Shown here one piece after another: positions 1 through 10,099 of a DNA stretch of 64,000 nt (its first letter is position 1; every line of letters begins with the position of its first letter). Location of the stretch: positions 1,888,001 through 1,952,000 of the forward strand of contig OY729426.1 of the NCBI GenBank assembly GCA_963422365.1, read 5' to 3'. The notes beneath the pieces are model-generated. The model ran no database searches. It saw only the letters and a list, made by a program, of their open reading frames with translations, and was not told the DNA's origin. A program made the position numbers and the translations under genes. This DNA is from Nitrospirales bacterium (lineage in GTDB: Bacteria; Nitrospirota; Nitrospiria; Nitrospirales; UBA8639).

Positions 1-291
1 GGATACAAGGTCAAACGTATTAGCGTGTTGCCCTGTCGACGGTTGTCTCTCCAAATGCATCACCAGCGGAATGAGCATTGGGTCGTGATTGCCGGGACGG
101 GTCGTGTGACCTGTGGAAATAAGGTGTTCGATTTAAACCCAGGGGAGAGTGCAGGCATTCCCAAACAAACCAAACACCGATTGGAAAATCCCGGCAAGGT
201 CCCACTTGAAATTATTGAAGTCCAACATGGCCCCTGTGTAAAAGAAGACGATATTGTTCGGTATCACGATGATTATGGCCGTGGTACGTAG
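1..291 (+). CDS. Mannose-6-phosphate isomerase type II cupin domain (3' end of a ManC/AlgA-like gene or stand-alone cupin), truncated by window edge
   Basis: Frame open from base 1: GYKVKRISVLPCRRLSLQMHHQRNEHWVV...HRLENPGKVPLEIIEVQ...EDDIVRYHDDYGR, typical PMI-II C-terminus; adjacent to PMM. Confidence 0.9.
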   Translation, partial: GYKVKRISVLPCRRLSLQMHHQRNEHWVVIAGTGRVTCGNKVFDLNPGESAGIPKQTKHRLENPGKVPLEIIEVQHGPCVKEDDIVRYHDDYGRGT

Positions 292-324
292 TATCCCATT
301 TTCTTTCTCCCCAAGGACTCGTCG

Positions 325-1722
325 GTGAGCATTTTTCGAGAATATGACATTCGTGGAGTTGTTGGAAAAGATTTGACGTTTGAAATGGCTCAGTCCATTG
401 GCCGTGCCTATGGGACCATGGCTCGACACCGTGGATGTCGAACGGTGGCCCTTGGACGAGATGGGCGACTGACCTCGCCGGATCTTCGGGACCGATTCCT
501 TGCCGGCATCACTGCCACAGGGATGAACGTCGTAGATATTGGGGTTTGTCCGACGCCTTTACTCTATTTTGCATTACATGAGTTGCCCATTGACGGTGGC
601 GTGATGATCACTGGAAGCCATAATGCAGCCGAGTACAACGGCTTTAAAATGTGTATAGAGAAAGTGGCGCTCTATGGTGAGGAAATTCAGGAACTCGACC
701 GTCTGATCGATACCGAAGCCTATGCGTCCGGATCGGGAACCGTTTCCACGGCATTGGTGATCCCTTCTTACTTGCGTTATCTGAAAGAACACTTTGCCAG
801 TGTCGACGGAAAGGAAGTGCATGTCGTACTCGATTGTGGAAACGGCGCCGCGAGCTTGGTGGCGAGAGATGCCTTAGAGCAATTAGGCTGTCGTGTCACT
901 GGGTTATATGATGACCTCGATGGCCGTTTCCCTAACCATCATCCCGATCCTACCGTTGTCGAGAATCTCCAAGATCTGATGCAAGCAGTGAAGGTCAATC
1001 GAGCAGATGTTGGGATTGCCTATGATGGTGACGCGGACCGTATCGGTGCAATTGATGAAAAGGGAAATACTCTATGGGGCGATCATCTTCTCTTGATTTT
1101 TGCGCGGGACGTCTTAAAGAACAGACCCGGGAGCACGGTGATTTCCGAAGTCAAAGCTTCCCAATGTCTTTACGACGATATTCGAGGGCGAGGGGGGAAC
1201 GGCGTCATGTGGAAGACAGGCCATTCTCTGCTGAAAGCCAAGATGAAGGAAGAACATGCCGTCTTGGCCGGGGAAATGTCTGGGCATATGTTTTTTGCCG
1301 ATCGCTATTTTGGTTATGATGATGCCATTTATGCCTCGTGCCGGCTAGTTGAAATTTTGTTAAAAGCACAAGCGCCGCTCTCTTCTCTTCTGGCTGATTT
1401 GCCTCCTACTCAGGTTACCCCTGAAATTCGCGTTGAGTGTTTGGATGACATGAAATTCCGATTGGTCGAGGCGGTACGCAATCGAGTTGTTGAATTCGCG
1501 AAGCAGCCAAACTCGAAGGACCCAAACTTTGCGATTCGTGAGGTTGTCACGATCGATGGAGTGCGTGTTTGTTTTGATGATGGCTGGGGACTCATTCGTG
1601 CGTCCAATACAGAACCCGCATTGGTCCTTCGATTTGAGGCAACCTCGGCAGAACGGTTGCAAGCCCTTCGTATCTATTTGGAAGGGGAACTGGAAGTCTG
1701 CCGTCAAGCCGTTGCAGGCTGA
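325..1722 (+). CDS. algC: Phosphomannomutase/phosphoglucomutase (AlgC type)
   Basis: IFREYDIRG start, TGSHN phosphoserine loop, DGDADR metal loop, GEMSGH, RASNTEP. Confidence 0.93.
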   Translation: MSIFREYDIRGVVGKDLTFEMAQSIGRAYGTMARHRGCRTVALGRDGRLTSPDLRDRFLAGITATGMNVVDIGVCPTPLLYFALHELPIDGGVMITGSHNAAEYNGFKMCIEKVALYGEEIQELDRLIDTEAYASGSGTVSTALVIPSYLRYLKEHFASVDGKEVHVVLDCGNGAASLVARDALEQLGCRVTGLYDDLDGRFPNHHPDPTVVENLQDLMQAVKVNRADVGIAYDGDADRIGAIDEKGNTLWGDHLLLIFARDVLKNRPGSTVISEVKASQCLYDDIRGRGGNGVMWKTGHSLLKAKMKEEHAVLAGEMSGHMFFADRYFGYDDAIYASCRLVEILLKAQAPLSSLLADLPPTQVTPEIRVECLDDMKFRLVEAVRNRVVEFAKQPNSKDPNFAIREVVTIDGVRVCFDDGWGLIRASNTEPALVLRFEATSAERLQALRIYLEGELEVCRQAVAG

Positions 1723-1854
1723 CATTCTGCAAAACAACGGGGGTATTCTCAGCCCCTAATTGTTACTCCCATTCAAGGCCATTGTTGTCCTGTCCGATGT
1801 TCGTCAGCCCAGCCTTCATGTTTTTAGGAAGGGGGTGGTGTATCATTCGAGTGT

Positions 1855-2625
1855 ATGCGCGAGGTGTTTGTTCAATTCAAGACATCCGTGATGAGCGTGA
1901 GCGGCCTTAGAATCCTCTTGGGCTTCTTGGGCGGGTTGGTTCTTGTATCTTCCGTTCTTGCTGCCCCGGCAAAAGAGAATTACCGTTACTCCATTTCCTT
2001 GTGGGGTATTCCCGCCGGGTATGCAACCATGAAAGTTGAAAAACTGATTCTGGAAGATGGGCATCCTTCTCATCGTTTAGTGACCACTGTTCGATCCAAT
2101 GATTTTATTTCTCGCTTTTTTCCCATAAGGAATCATGTGGAGTCGCTGATTGATTCTCAGACCATGCTCCCGCGACGGTGGTTCTTTCAACGTCGAGAGG
2201 GCAGTCGCCATGAACGGTTTGATGTGACCTTCGATCACGTGACCAATCAGGTGACAGTATCGAAAGACGGCACCCCTTCGGTCCATTCCATTGTTCCAAG
2301 CACGCACGATCCTTTATCATGTCTTTATTTTTTGCGTACGCTGCCGAATCTTGAGCCTGGCTCTTCAGTGTATTTGCCTATTCATCACGACCGGAAGAAT
2401 TATAAGGTCGAGGTCAAGGTAGAAGCCGTGGAATCGATCAGTGGCCCCTGGGGCAAGGTCGACGCGATTCGCCTGTTAGCGATCATGCCGTTTCGCGGGA
2501 TTTTTTTGAATGAGGGCAACATCAGGTTTTGGCTGACCAATACGAAAGAGCGAATTCCTGTTATGATGGAAGCTCGTGTGATTGTCGGGTTGGTCAGAGC
2601 GTTGATTGATGGATGGGCCCCGTAA
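1855..2625 (+). CDS. DUF3108-family exported protein (start may be 1891)
   Basis: Signal-peptide-like N-terminus; YSISLWGIPAG, HDPLSCLYFLR and FWLT..ERIPV motifs resemble DUF3108. Confidence 0.7.
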   Translation: MREVFVQFKTSVMSVSGLRILLGFLGGLVLVSSVLAAPAKENYRYSISLWGIPAGYATMKVEKLILEDGHPSHRLVTTVRSNDFISRFFPIRNHVESLIDSQTMLPRRWFFQRREGSRHERFDVTFDHVTNQVTVSKDGTPSVHSIVPSTHDPLSCLYFLRTLPNLEPGSSVYLPIHHDRKNYKVEVKVEAVESISGPWGKVDAIRLLAIMPFRGIFLNEGNIRFWLTNTKERIPVMMEARVIVGLVRALIDGWAP

Positions 2626-2637
2626 CCGAAATCATTC

Positions 2638-2665
2638 TCGACTTTTTTGACAAAGATCCTATAAT
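2638..2665 (+). promoter_or_regulatory. Putative sigma70 promoter of fbp
   Basis: TCGACT-N16-TATAAT, 29 nt upstream of the fbp ATG. Confidence 0.45.
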
Positions 2666-2694
2666 GAGTCTCAATCGGCCCTCAGAATCCCGTT

Positions 2695-3666
2695 ATGGTT
2701 TCCTTGACTCACCATATTCTTGAACAGCAACAGTTATGGCCTGACGGTGCAGAAGAATTTTCCACCATCATGAACCACATTGTGTTGGGTGGGAAAATGA
2801 TTGGCTGGGATTTAAGTGAAGCGGGACTCACGGATAGTCTCGGAACGACGAAGATGATGAATGTCCATGGCGAGCACGTACAAAAAATGGATGCACGAGC
2901 CAATCAAATTTTTGTAGACGTCTTTGAAGATAGTGAGATTGTGCGGATCGTGGTTTCTGAAGAAATGGATGAGCCGGTTACCGTGGCCCGTGCTGAAAGG
3001 TCAGGAAAATATGCCGTGTTTTTCGATCCTTTGGACGGCTCCTCGAATATAGACGTCAATGCCCCTCTTGGTTCGATTTTTTCCATCCATAGATTGGACT
3101 CCGCTGGAAATTTTCTGAAGGTCGGGCGTGAACAAGTGGCCAGTGGGTATCTTTTGTATGGAGCCAGTACGATTCTTGTGTATACACGGGGAGAGGGAGC
3201 GCATCAATTTACTCTTGATCCTGCGGTTGGTGAGTTTTTCTTGTCCGTCTCAAACATTCAAATTCCGGCCCGAGGTAAAATTTGCAGTGTTAATGAAGGA
3301 AATAGATCTAAGTGGTCTGAAAATATGGTAAAAATTATCGACTATTTTCAAGATGACGATCAAGAAACCGGGCGGCCTTATTCCTCCCGGTATACAGGGT
3401 GTCTCGTGGCCGATGTCCATCGGATTCTTTTGAAGGGCGGGCTCTATCTGTATCCCGGTGAAGTGAAGAAGCCTGAAGGAAAACTTCGTTTGATGTATGA
3501 GGCCGCCCCCTTAAGTTTCATAGTGGAGCAGGCCGGAGGGCTTGGCAGTACAGGCGTGGAACGGATTTCCGCCATTCACCCCAAGGCACCCCATCAGCGT
3601 GTTCCGCTTGTCATCGGCAGTCGTGAAGATGTTGAAATCGTCGAACAAGTTCTGAGTCGAGAGTAG
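2695..3666 (+). CDS. fbp: Class I fructose-1,6-bisphosphatase
   Basis: SEE, FDPLDGSSNID, RYTGCLVADVHR, GKLRLMYEAAP motifs. Confidence 0.95.
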   Translation: MVSLTHHILEQQQLWPDGAEEFSTIMNHIVLGGKMIGWDLSEAGLTDSLGTTKMMNVHGEHVQKMDARANQIFVDVFEDSEIVRIVVSEEMDEPVTVARAERSGKYAVFFDPLDGSSNIDVNAPLGSIFSIHRLDSAGNFLKVGREQVASGYLLYGASTILVYTRGEGAHQFTLDPAVGEFFLSVSNIQIPARGKICSVNEGNRSKWSENMVKIIDYFQDDDQETGRPYSSRYTGCLVADVHRILLKGGLYLYPGEVKKPEGKLRLMYEAAPLSFIVEQAGGLGSTGVERISAIHPKAPHQRVPLVIGSREDVEIVEQVLSRE

Positions 3667-3758
3667 CACCGGTTTGAAGAGTTTAGGCAGGCACTGCCTG
3701 GAATAAGAGTATCGTTCGTTCCGTATGCCCAGGCACACACCACTCAAAAGGAGACTGC

Positions 3759-4797
3759 ATGGCTCTGCGAGCCGGTTTTTCTGTCATAAGCATTCTGCTC
3801 GGGCTTACGATGGGATACCTCACGGGAGACGGGGAGATGCTCTATGCGGCAGTTGGCGCAGTTTTCGCGGGATTGCTCAGTGGAGCGCTGGTGTTTGTCG
3901 AGATCTTCTTCATGGAACATCTTCCCGCCCGCACCCTTGTGTCTGGCGGTGTGGGTTTCAGTCTGGGGATGCTCCTTTCGGGAATGTTTATCGTATTAAC
4001 GAGTATTGATCTGACATTCCTAGGATCATCTCCGATAATCCCAATTGGTCATGATGTTGGCCGTACTGCTCATTTTCCCGTATCTTGGCCTCATTTTGGG
4101 CGTTCGGTACGGCAAGGAGTACGGCAGGGATGACAAGGTCGCCGGTTTGGAGCCGACGGGACAATTTCTCACGCCAAAATTACTGGATACCAGCGTGATT
4201 ATTGATGGCCGTATTGCCGACCTTTGTGAAACCGGGTTTATGGAGGGGGAATTCATCATCCCTCAATTTATTTTACAAGAGCTACAACATATTTCCGATT
4301 CGGCCGATACGTTAAAGCGCGCGCGAGGTCGTCGGGGACTCGATATTCTCAATCATATTCAAAAAAACAATGATGTCGTGGTGCAGATTGTTGAAAACGA
4401 TTTTCCCAACATCAAGGAAGTTGATGCCAAATTAGTGGAATTAGGCAAGAAACTGGGCGCCAAAATTTTGACCAATGATTTGAATCTGAATAAAGTTGCA
4501 GGGCTTCAGGGTGTGCAGGTGTTAAATATTAATGAACTGACGAATGCTCTCAGACCGGTTGTCCTTCCTGGTGAAACGATGCGGGTCTTTGTGTTGAAAG
4601 AAGGAAAAGAAGCCGGGCAAGGTGTAGCGTATTTAGATGACGGGACGATGGTTGTCGTCGATAATGCCAAACGCTGTATAGGCAAAAATGTGGATGTGGT
4701 GGTGACCAGTATATTACAGACGAGTGCCGGCAGGATGATCTTTACCCGTCTGCGGGAAGAAACTGATCGGGATGTGTTGAGTTTTGCACGTGGATGA
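3759..4797 (+). pseudogene. yacL: PIN/TRAM-domain membrane protein (YacL family) with a frameshift near 4043 (pseudogene or sequencing error)
   Basis: ORF 3759-4133 encodes N-terminal TM helices; ORF 4045-4797 has LLDTSVIIDGRI PIN motif and GKEAGQGVAYLDDGTMVVV TRAM motif; removing one base in CCCAATTGG joins them; canonical position before ispD. Confidence 0.8.
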
Positions 4798-5524
4798 GTG
4801 GGTTGTCGCGATTGTCCCAGCCGGAGGGCGTGGGACTCGAATGAGGAACGAGGTTCCCAAACAGTTTCTTCAATTAGGTGAAGTTCCGCTTCTCGTCCAT
4901 GCCCTTTGGGTTCTTGAGGCAAGCAAGACGATTTGTGAAATCGTTGTCGTCGTTCCCCATGATGCGGTGAGGTATTGTCAAAAAGATCTCTTGCCGCAAT
5001 TTGCCTTTTCCAAAGTCAGCAACGTCATCAGTGGTGGAGCACAGCGACAAGATTCAGTTTGGAATGGGTTACAAGTGGTCGATGTGCGCACCGAGATCGC
5101 GTTGGTCCATGATGCCGTGCGGCCGTTTGTGACGGACACCATGGTGCAACAAGTGGTTGATGGTGCCAGGACGCATGGTGCGGCTATCGTGGCGATTCCT
5201 CTCCGTGATACGGTTAAGCAGGCAACTCCGGACGGGATGATCGAAGCAACCCTTGATCGGCAACGGCTCTGGTTGGCCCAGACGCCGCAAGCCTTCAGAA
5301 TCGAGTTGCTACAGGAAGCGCACCAGTTGGGTCGACAGGCCGGCGTGGAGGCAACGGATGACGCATTTTTAGTCGAGCGAGTCGGTCATCGGGTCTTCAT
5401 CGTTAATGGAAGGACAGACAACATGAAAGTGACTTGCCAGGAAGACCTGATTATGGGAGAAGCCATTTTAGCTGCCCAGAGCAATAATCCTTTCTCCGAT
5501 GAAAGATGTCGGGGACAGGCTTAA
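4790..5524 (+). CDS. ispD: 2-C-methyl-D-erythritol 4-phosphate cytidylyltransferase
   Basis: PAGGRGTRM..PKQF, GGAQRQDSV, VHDAVRPF, AQTPQAF, TDDA; GTG start overlaps yacL end. Confidence 0.95.
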   Translation: MDEWVVAIVPAGGRGTRMRNEVPKQFLQLGEVPLLVHALWVLEASKTICEIVVVVPHDAVRYCQKDLLPQFAFSKVSNVISGGAQRQDSVWNGLQVVDVRTEIALVHDAVRPFVTDTMVQQVVDGARTHGAAIVAIPLRDTVKQATPDGMIEATLDRQRLWLAQTPQAFRIELLQEAHQLGRQAGVEATDDAFLVERVGHRVFIVNGRTDNMKVTCQEDLIMGEAILAAQSNNPFSDERCRGQA

Positions 5525-5603
5525 GTTTCATTCTTTTCACTTGTTGGTTTTTTTGTATCCTTATTTGGTCTGCTGGGTCAGAGCAAAAAGGTTAATCCAG
5601 CGT

Positions 5604-6101
5604 ATGCGTGTTGGAATTGGCTACGATATTCATCAACTGAACAAAGGAAGACCGCTCATTCTAGGCGGGGTTTCTATTCCGCATACTCATGGGTTGGATG
5701 GCCATTCCGATGCGGATGCGCTCACGCATGCCATTTGTGACGCACTGTTGGGAGCCATGGGAGAAGGGGACTTAGGCCGATATTACCCTAGCAGTAACCT
5801 ACAATTTACCAACATGAAGAGTGTAGACATGCTGAAAGACATTTACGCCAAACTTACGGAGCGGGGGTTTCATCTTCTCAGTCTTGATACGGTGGTCGTG
5901 GCACAGGCTCCTCGGTTAGGAAGCTATTTGGCTGAGATGAGTAAGCAACTGGCCGAGGTCTTACACGTTGAGCCATCGCTCGTGAACGTGAAAGTCAAAA
6001 GCCATGATCATCTCGGGACGATTGGAAGAAAAGAAGGGATTGCCGCCCAAGCCGTCTGTCTTATTGCACCCAATTCGTCAGATGAGAAAACGGTCGTTTG
6101 A
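5604..6101 (+). CDS. ispF: 2-C-methyl-D-erythritol 2,4-cyclodiphosphate synthase
   Basis: MRVGIGYDIH, GHSDADALTHAICDALLGA, GRKEGIAAQAV. Confidence 0.95.
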   Translation: MRVGIGYDIHQLNKGRPLILGGVSIPHTHGLDGHSDADALTHAICDALLGAMGEGDLGRYYPSSNLQFTNMKSVDMLKDIYAKLTERGFHLLSLDTVVVAQAPRLGSYLAEMSKQLAEVLHVEPSLVNVKVKSHDHLGTIGRKEGIAAQAVCLIAPNSSDEKTVV

Positions 6102-6123
6102 TTAAAGGATTCCCCGATTAACA

Positions 6124-6786
6124 ATGTCGAGGACAGGGTTTAGTATGATCAGGGAAGATCTTCGAGCCGTTTTTGATCGCGACCCCGCTGCCAGGACCTT
6201 GATTGAAATTTTGTTGACCTATTCAGGGTTTCAGGCATTGCTGGCGCATCGGTTGGCTCACCGGTTGTGGAAGATGAGGCTTCGATTATTAGGCCGAATG
6301 ATTTCGCAAGTCGCTCGTTGGGTCACCGGTGTCGAAATTCATCCCGGCGCTTCAATCGGACATGGGTTTTTCATTGATCATGGCATGGGCGTGGTGATTG
6401 GAGAAACCGCAGAAATCGGTGATTCTGTCACGTTGTTTCAAGGGGTGACGTTGGGTGGAACAGGGAAAGAAAAAGGGAAGCGACATCCAACGTTGGGAAA
6501 TCATGTGGTTGTGGGTTCAGGTGCCAAAGTTTTGGGAAATATTCGAGTCGGGGATTCAGTCAAAATTGGAGCCAATTCGGTGGTCTTGCGATCGGTACCT
6601 TCCAATTCTACGGTCATCGGCATCCCTGGCCGAGTCATCAAGTCGGTCGGAGTTCGGGTACCAGAAGACTCGATGGATCATGCAAATATTCCTGACCCGA
6701 TCGCAGAACGTTTTGAGGCCATGGAGCGAGAACTCATTGATCTGCGCAAAAAATTAGAAAACATGGAAGATGGATCATGCCAATAG
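6124..6786 (+). CDS. cysE: Serine O-acetyltransferase (start 6124 or 6145)
   Basis: [39 protein letters not shown] hexapeptide repeats. Confidence 0.95.
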   Translation: MSRTGFSMIREDLRAVFDRDPAARTLIEILLTYSGFQALLAHRLAHRLWKMRLRLLGRMISQVARWVTGVEIHPGASIGHGFFIDHGMGVVIGETAEIGDSVTLFQGVTLGGTGKEKGKRHPTLGNHVVVGSGAKVLGNIRVGDSVKIGANSVVLRSVPSNSTVIGIPGRVIKSVGVRVPEDSMDHANIPDPIAERFEAMERELIDLRKKLENMEDGSCQ

Positions 6787-6852
6787 ACGCGGGCAGATAC
6801 AAGAGATTGAATCAAGCCCGAGTCGACCATGGACTAGAGGCTATCGTATAAG

Positions 6853-6880
6853 TGTCATTCCCGTGAAAATGGGAATCTGG
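6853..6880 (+). repeat. Short palindromic repeat TGTCATTCCC-N8-GGGAATCTGG (dRS3/REP-like)
   Basis: ATTCCC GTGAAAAT GGGAAT; related element in opposite orientation at 62862-62895. Confidence 0.6.
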
Positions 6881-6909
6881 TTGTCACGCAACTTTGTATT
6901 CATGGTTAA

Positions 6910-6983
6910 GCGGCGACATCTCATGGCGCCTTTTTCTAGGACGTATAAGGTATGTCCTAGGCCATGACCCGGGATGTGGCTAC
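6910..6983 (+). repeat. Dispersed approx. 80-bp REPIN-like element, copy 1
   Basis: 6936-6980 matches 21820-21864 at 38/45 nt; 6910-6925 identical to 62805-62820. Confidence 0.8.
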
Positions 6984-7072
6984 GTAGGCAATGGCGTGAT
7001 AGGCAGGCCTACGGATACCTCTACGTCCCCTTCCCCCTCCTTATAAAGGAAGGGGATTGAGGAGAAAAAACG

Positions 7073-7093
7073 GCGGCATAAGATGCCGCTACA
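7073..7093 (-). repeat. GTAG-type REP-like palindrome
   Basis: Minus strand TGTAGCGGCATCTTATGCCGC: GTAG foot and perfect 7-bp hairpin. Confidence 0.6.
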
Positions 7094-7196
7094 TATTCCG
7101 GGGAGAGGGGTGTTGTGGGACGGGAATTGTCAACGAATGAGTGGACACATACAGGAATGCCGCTCAATTTTCGAATCAGCACAGGAGGAATTGCTT

Positions 7197-8138
7197 GTGA
7201 GTGAAGGTCCCCGAATTACCAAACGTGTACAAGAAATCCTCGGCTATTATCAAAGTGACGCGCCAGGCATTCGGGCTCATTTGGCCAGATTATTAATGAG
7301 TGGTCGATTAGCGGGAACCGGCAAACTCCTGATCTTGCCGGTGGATCAAGGATTTGAACATGGTCCTGCCCGGAGCTTTGCGCCAAATCCTTCAGGGTAT
7401 AATCCCCTTTACCATTTTGAATTGGCTATTGATGCTGGTTGCAATGCCTATGCCGCTCCATTGGGGTTTTTAGAAGCCGGTGCAGCAGAATATGCCGGAC
7501 AAATCCCCTTGATCCTCAAACTGAATAATAACGATTCCCTCTCTAGCGGTGATGACTATAATCAAGCTGTCACGGGTAGTGTGCAAGACGCACTTCGTTT
7601 AGGGTGCTGTGCCGTTGGATACACGATTTATCCCGGGTCGGCGTATAGCCAAGAGATGTATGAGGATTTGCGAGAGATTGCAGCAGAAGCTAAGTCAGTC
7701 GGACTCGCGGTGGTGGTCTGGTCATACCCTCGTGGTGGACAGTTAACGAAGGTAGGAGAAACGGCTATTGATGTGGTCTGCTATGGCGCTCAGATTGCGG
7801 CCCAACTTGGGGCGCATATCATTAAGGTCAAAGTGCCGACGGATCATATTGAACAAGCGGAAGCAAAAAAGGTTTATGAAGCCGAGAACGTTCCAATCAG
7901 CACACCAGCTGAGCGCATTCGTCACGTGGTGCAAAGTGCGTTCAATGGGAGACGTATCGTGATTTTCTCCGGTGGCACGAAAGGCGCAGACCAGACTGTT
8001 TTTGATGAGGTGCGGGCGATTCGTGATGGGGGAGGTTTCGGGTCGATTATTGGCCGGAATTCTTTCCAACGCTCGAAGCCCGAGGCCTTAACGTTTTTAG
8101 AGGCCTGTATGAAAATTTATGCAGGTGAAGTGGAGTAA
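7197..8138 (+). CDS. fbaB: Class I fructose-bisphosphate aldolase (FbaB/DhnA type)
   Basis: ILPVDQGFEHGP, WSYPRG, AHIIKVK Schiff-base Lys, GSIIGRNSFQR; AGGAGG RBS before GTG 7197. Confidence 0.93.
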   Translation: MSEGPRITKRVQEILGYYQSDAPGIRAHLARLLMSGRLAGTGKLLILPVDQGFEHGPARSFAPNPSGYNPLYHFELAIDAGCNAYAAPLGFLEAGAAEYAGQIPLILKLNNNDSLSSGDDYNQAVTGSVQDALRLGCCAVGYTIYPGSAYSQEMYEDLREIAAEAKSVGLAVVVWSYPRGGQLTKVGETAIDVVCYGAQIAAQLGAHIIKVKVPTDHIEQAEAKKVYEAENVPISTPAERIRHVVQSAFNGRRIVIFSGGTKGADQTVFDEVRAIRDGGGFGSIIGRNSFQRSKPEALTFLEACMKIYAGEVE

Positions 8139-8218
8139 GTCTCTCCTCCCACCTTGAGAGGCCCTGTCGTTACGTTGTCTCAATACGTGCCGCCTCCTTG
8201 CTTGAGACATCTTTCTTG

Positions 8219-9478
8219 CTAAGGATAGAGCCCTCTGGCAGTATGGGCTTGCGCCACTTGATCAATTCCGCTCATGAGGGCAGCCATTCGCATCGTGATT
8301 TTTTTCTCTTCTGCAAAATGGAGTGTTCGATGAAAGGCCGTGGTGATGATTTCATGAAGTCGCTGCCGGATATCACTCTCATTCCAGAAAAAGCGTTGGA
8401 CATCCTGGACCCACTCAAAATACGAGACGATTACTCCGCCTGAATTGGCTAAAATATCGGGAATAATGAAGATATCTCGATCGTCCAAAATAGCGTCCGC
8501 CTCTAACGTCGTTGGCCCATTGGCCGCTTCTGCCAGAATACGACAGTGAAGGCGTTCAGCGTTGTTGCCGGTAATTTGTTCCGAGAGCGCAGCAGGAACC
8601 AACACGGTACAACTCAGGGTTAAAAGTTCATCGTTGGTCAGATGATCACCGACTTCCATTTCTTGAATAGGCAGGCCGGATCGATAGTGTTGAAAAATCG
8701 TCTCCATCGGTAAGCCCTTCGGATTAAAGATGCCCCCTGTTAGATCACTGATGCCAATCACTCGAGCCCCGGCTTCGTCAAAGATTTTGGCAGTGTGTGA
8801 ACCAACGTTCCCAAATCCTTGGATCACAACACTCGTGTCCTTCAGGTTGATCCCCTTATAGCGGAGCGCTTCTATCGTGACGTTCACGACCCCTCGACCG
8901 GTTGCTTCTTCGCGACCTAGACTTCCCCCGATCGAAAGGGGTTTGCCCGTGACGGCTCCCGGGACAGAGAATCCAACTTGTTGGCTGTAGGTGTCCATAA
9001 ACCAAGCCATGACTTGCTGATTCGTGCCGATATCGGTTGCTGGAATATCTTTGTCTGGGCCAATCAGCGGAAAAATTTCGGCAGCATACCGGCGGGTGAG
9101 TCGTTCGAGTTCGGAGAGTGACAGCCGATGAGGATTGACGTGGATGCCACCCTTTGCCCCTCCATAGGGAAGTCCTGCCAAGGCAGTTTTCCAGGTCATC
9201 CACATGGCTAAGCCTGCTACTTCTCCCAGGGTAACGTCCTGGTGGTACCGGAGCCCGCCTTTGGACGGCCCACGTGCAGAATCATGTTGGACTCGGTATC
9301 CTTGAAAGACGCGAACCTGGCCATCGTCCATCCGAATCGGAAGCGCAACCATCAATGACCGCTGGGGAGTTTTTAACCGCTCTCGTAAATTTGTCTCCAG
9401 GTTCATGGCTTCCGCGACCTGGTCAAATTGGGCAACAGCCAGACGAAAAGTCGGATGGTCGAATTCAGAGATCATCAT
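8219..9478 (-). CDS. gdhA: Glutamate dehydrogenase (Glu/Leu/Phe/Val dehydrogenase family)
   Basis: GYRVQH, GPSKGGLRY, LPYGGAKGG, GSLGREEATGRG, QGFGNVG, EAANGP, PDILANSGGVIVSYFEWVQ. Confidence 0.93.
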   Translation of the reverse strand: MMISEFDHPTFRLAVAQFDQVAEAMNLETNLRERLKTPQRSLMVALPIRMDDGQVRVFQGYRVQHDSARGPSKGGLRYHQDVTLGEVAGLAMWMTWKTALAGLPYGGAKGGIHVNPHRLSLSELERLTRRYAAEIFPLIGPDKDIPATDIGTNQQVMAWFMDTYSQQVGFSVPGAVTGKPLSIGGSLGREEATGRGVVNVTIEALRYKGINLKDTSVVIQGFGNVGSHTAKIFDEAGARVIGISDLTGGIFNPKGLPMETIFQHYRSGLPIQEMEVGDHLTNDELLTLSCTVLVPAALSEQITGNNAERLHCRILAEAANGPTTLEADAILDDRDIFIIPDILANSGGVIVSYFEWVQDVQRFFWNESDIRQRLHEIITTAFHRTLHFAEEKKITMRMAALMSGIDQVAQAHTARGLYP

Positions 9479-9702
9479 CTCGGTTTCATACTGAAAATCA
9501 GTTCGTCAGTGATTATGTCTTCTGAGAAAATCTTACTCCCTGAACGCGGCAATGTCACTTGGGCAATACAGGCTGGCGGTAAGACAGGGAAGGGTGGATC
9601 GTGTCACTCGGTAAAATAAGTTGGGTTTTACCCGAAAGCGTTTACTCAATATTTATCGACTTATCTGCTACACGGTAGCTCTGCTGTGACTCAGGAGAAA
9701 AG

Positions 9703-10098
9703 ATGACCAGGACATTGAAGTCCGTGCATGTTTTTTATTGTTTCGGATGGATGATGCTTGTTGTTGTATTGCCGTTTGGTTTGGGTCAGGCAGGGGGTTC
9801 TCAAATCATCCTTTTGGACCAGGAACCTTTTTATGTGCCTTCGACCATGACGATTCTCCAGGGACAGCCGGTCCAGTGGCATAATCAGTCGATGCAGCCT
9901 CATACCGTGACCCACGATGGTTGTGGGCAAGGCAGGATGTGCGCCTTTGTATCTGAGCATCTTCATCCCGGCGAGCGCTTCAGCGTCAGAGGCTTATCCA
10001 CTGGAACCTATTCTTATCATTGTGAAATCCATCCATTTATGCGAGGCCGCATTCAGGTTAAACAGGTTGTGCGAAATGACGGCGTCACGGAATTGTAG
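9703..10098 (+). CDS. Periplasmic type 1 blue copper protein (plastocyanin/amicyanin-like cupredoxin)
   Basis: Signal peptide; PHTVT and YHCEIHPFMRG give His/Cys/His/Met ligands. Confidence 0.88.
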   Translation: MTRTLKSVHVFYCFGWMMLVVVLPFGLGQAGGSQIILLDQEPFYVPSTMTILQGQPVQWHNQSMQPHTVTHDGCGQGRMCAFVSEHLHPGERFSVRGLSTGTYSYHCEIHPFMRGRIQVKQVVRNDGVTEL

Positions 10099-10099
10099 T

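Noticed and set aside
2647..2665. Perfect TTGACA and TATAAT hexamers upstream of fbp
   Set aside because: Only 7 nt apart, so they cannot be one promoter; TCGACT at 2638 gives workable spacing instead.
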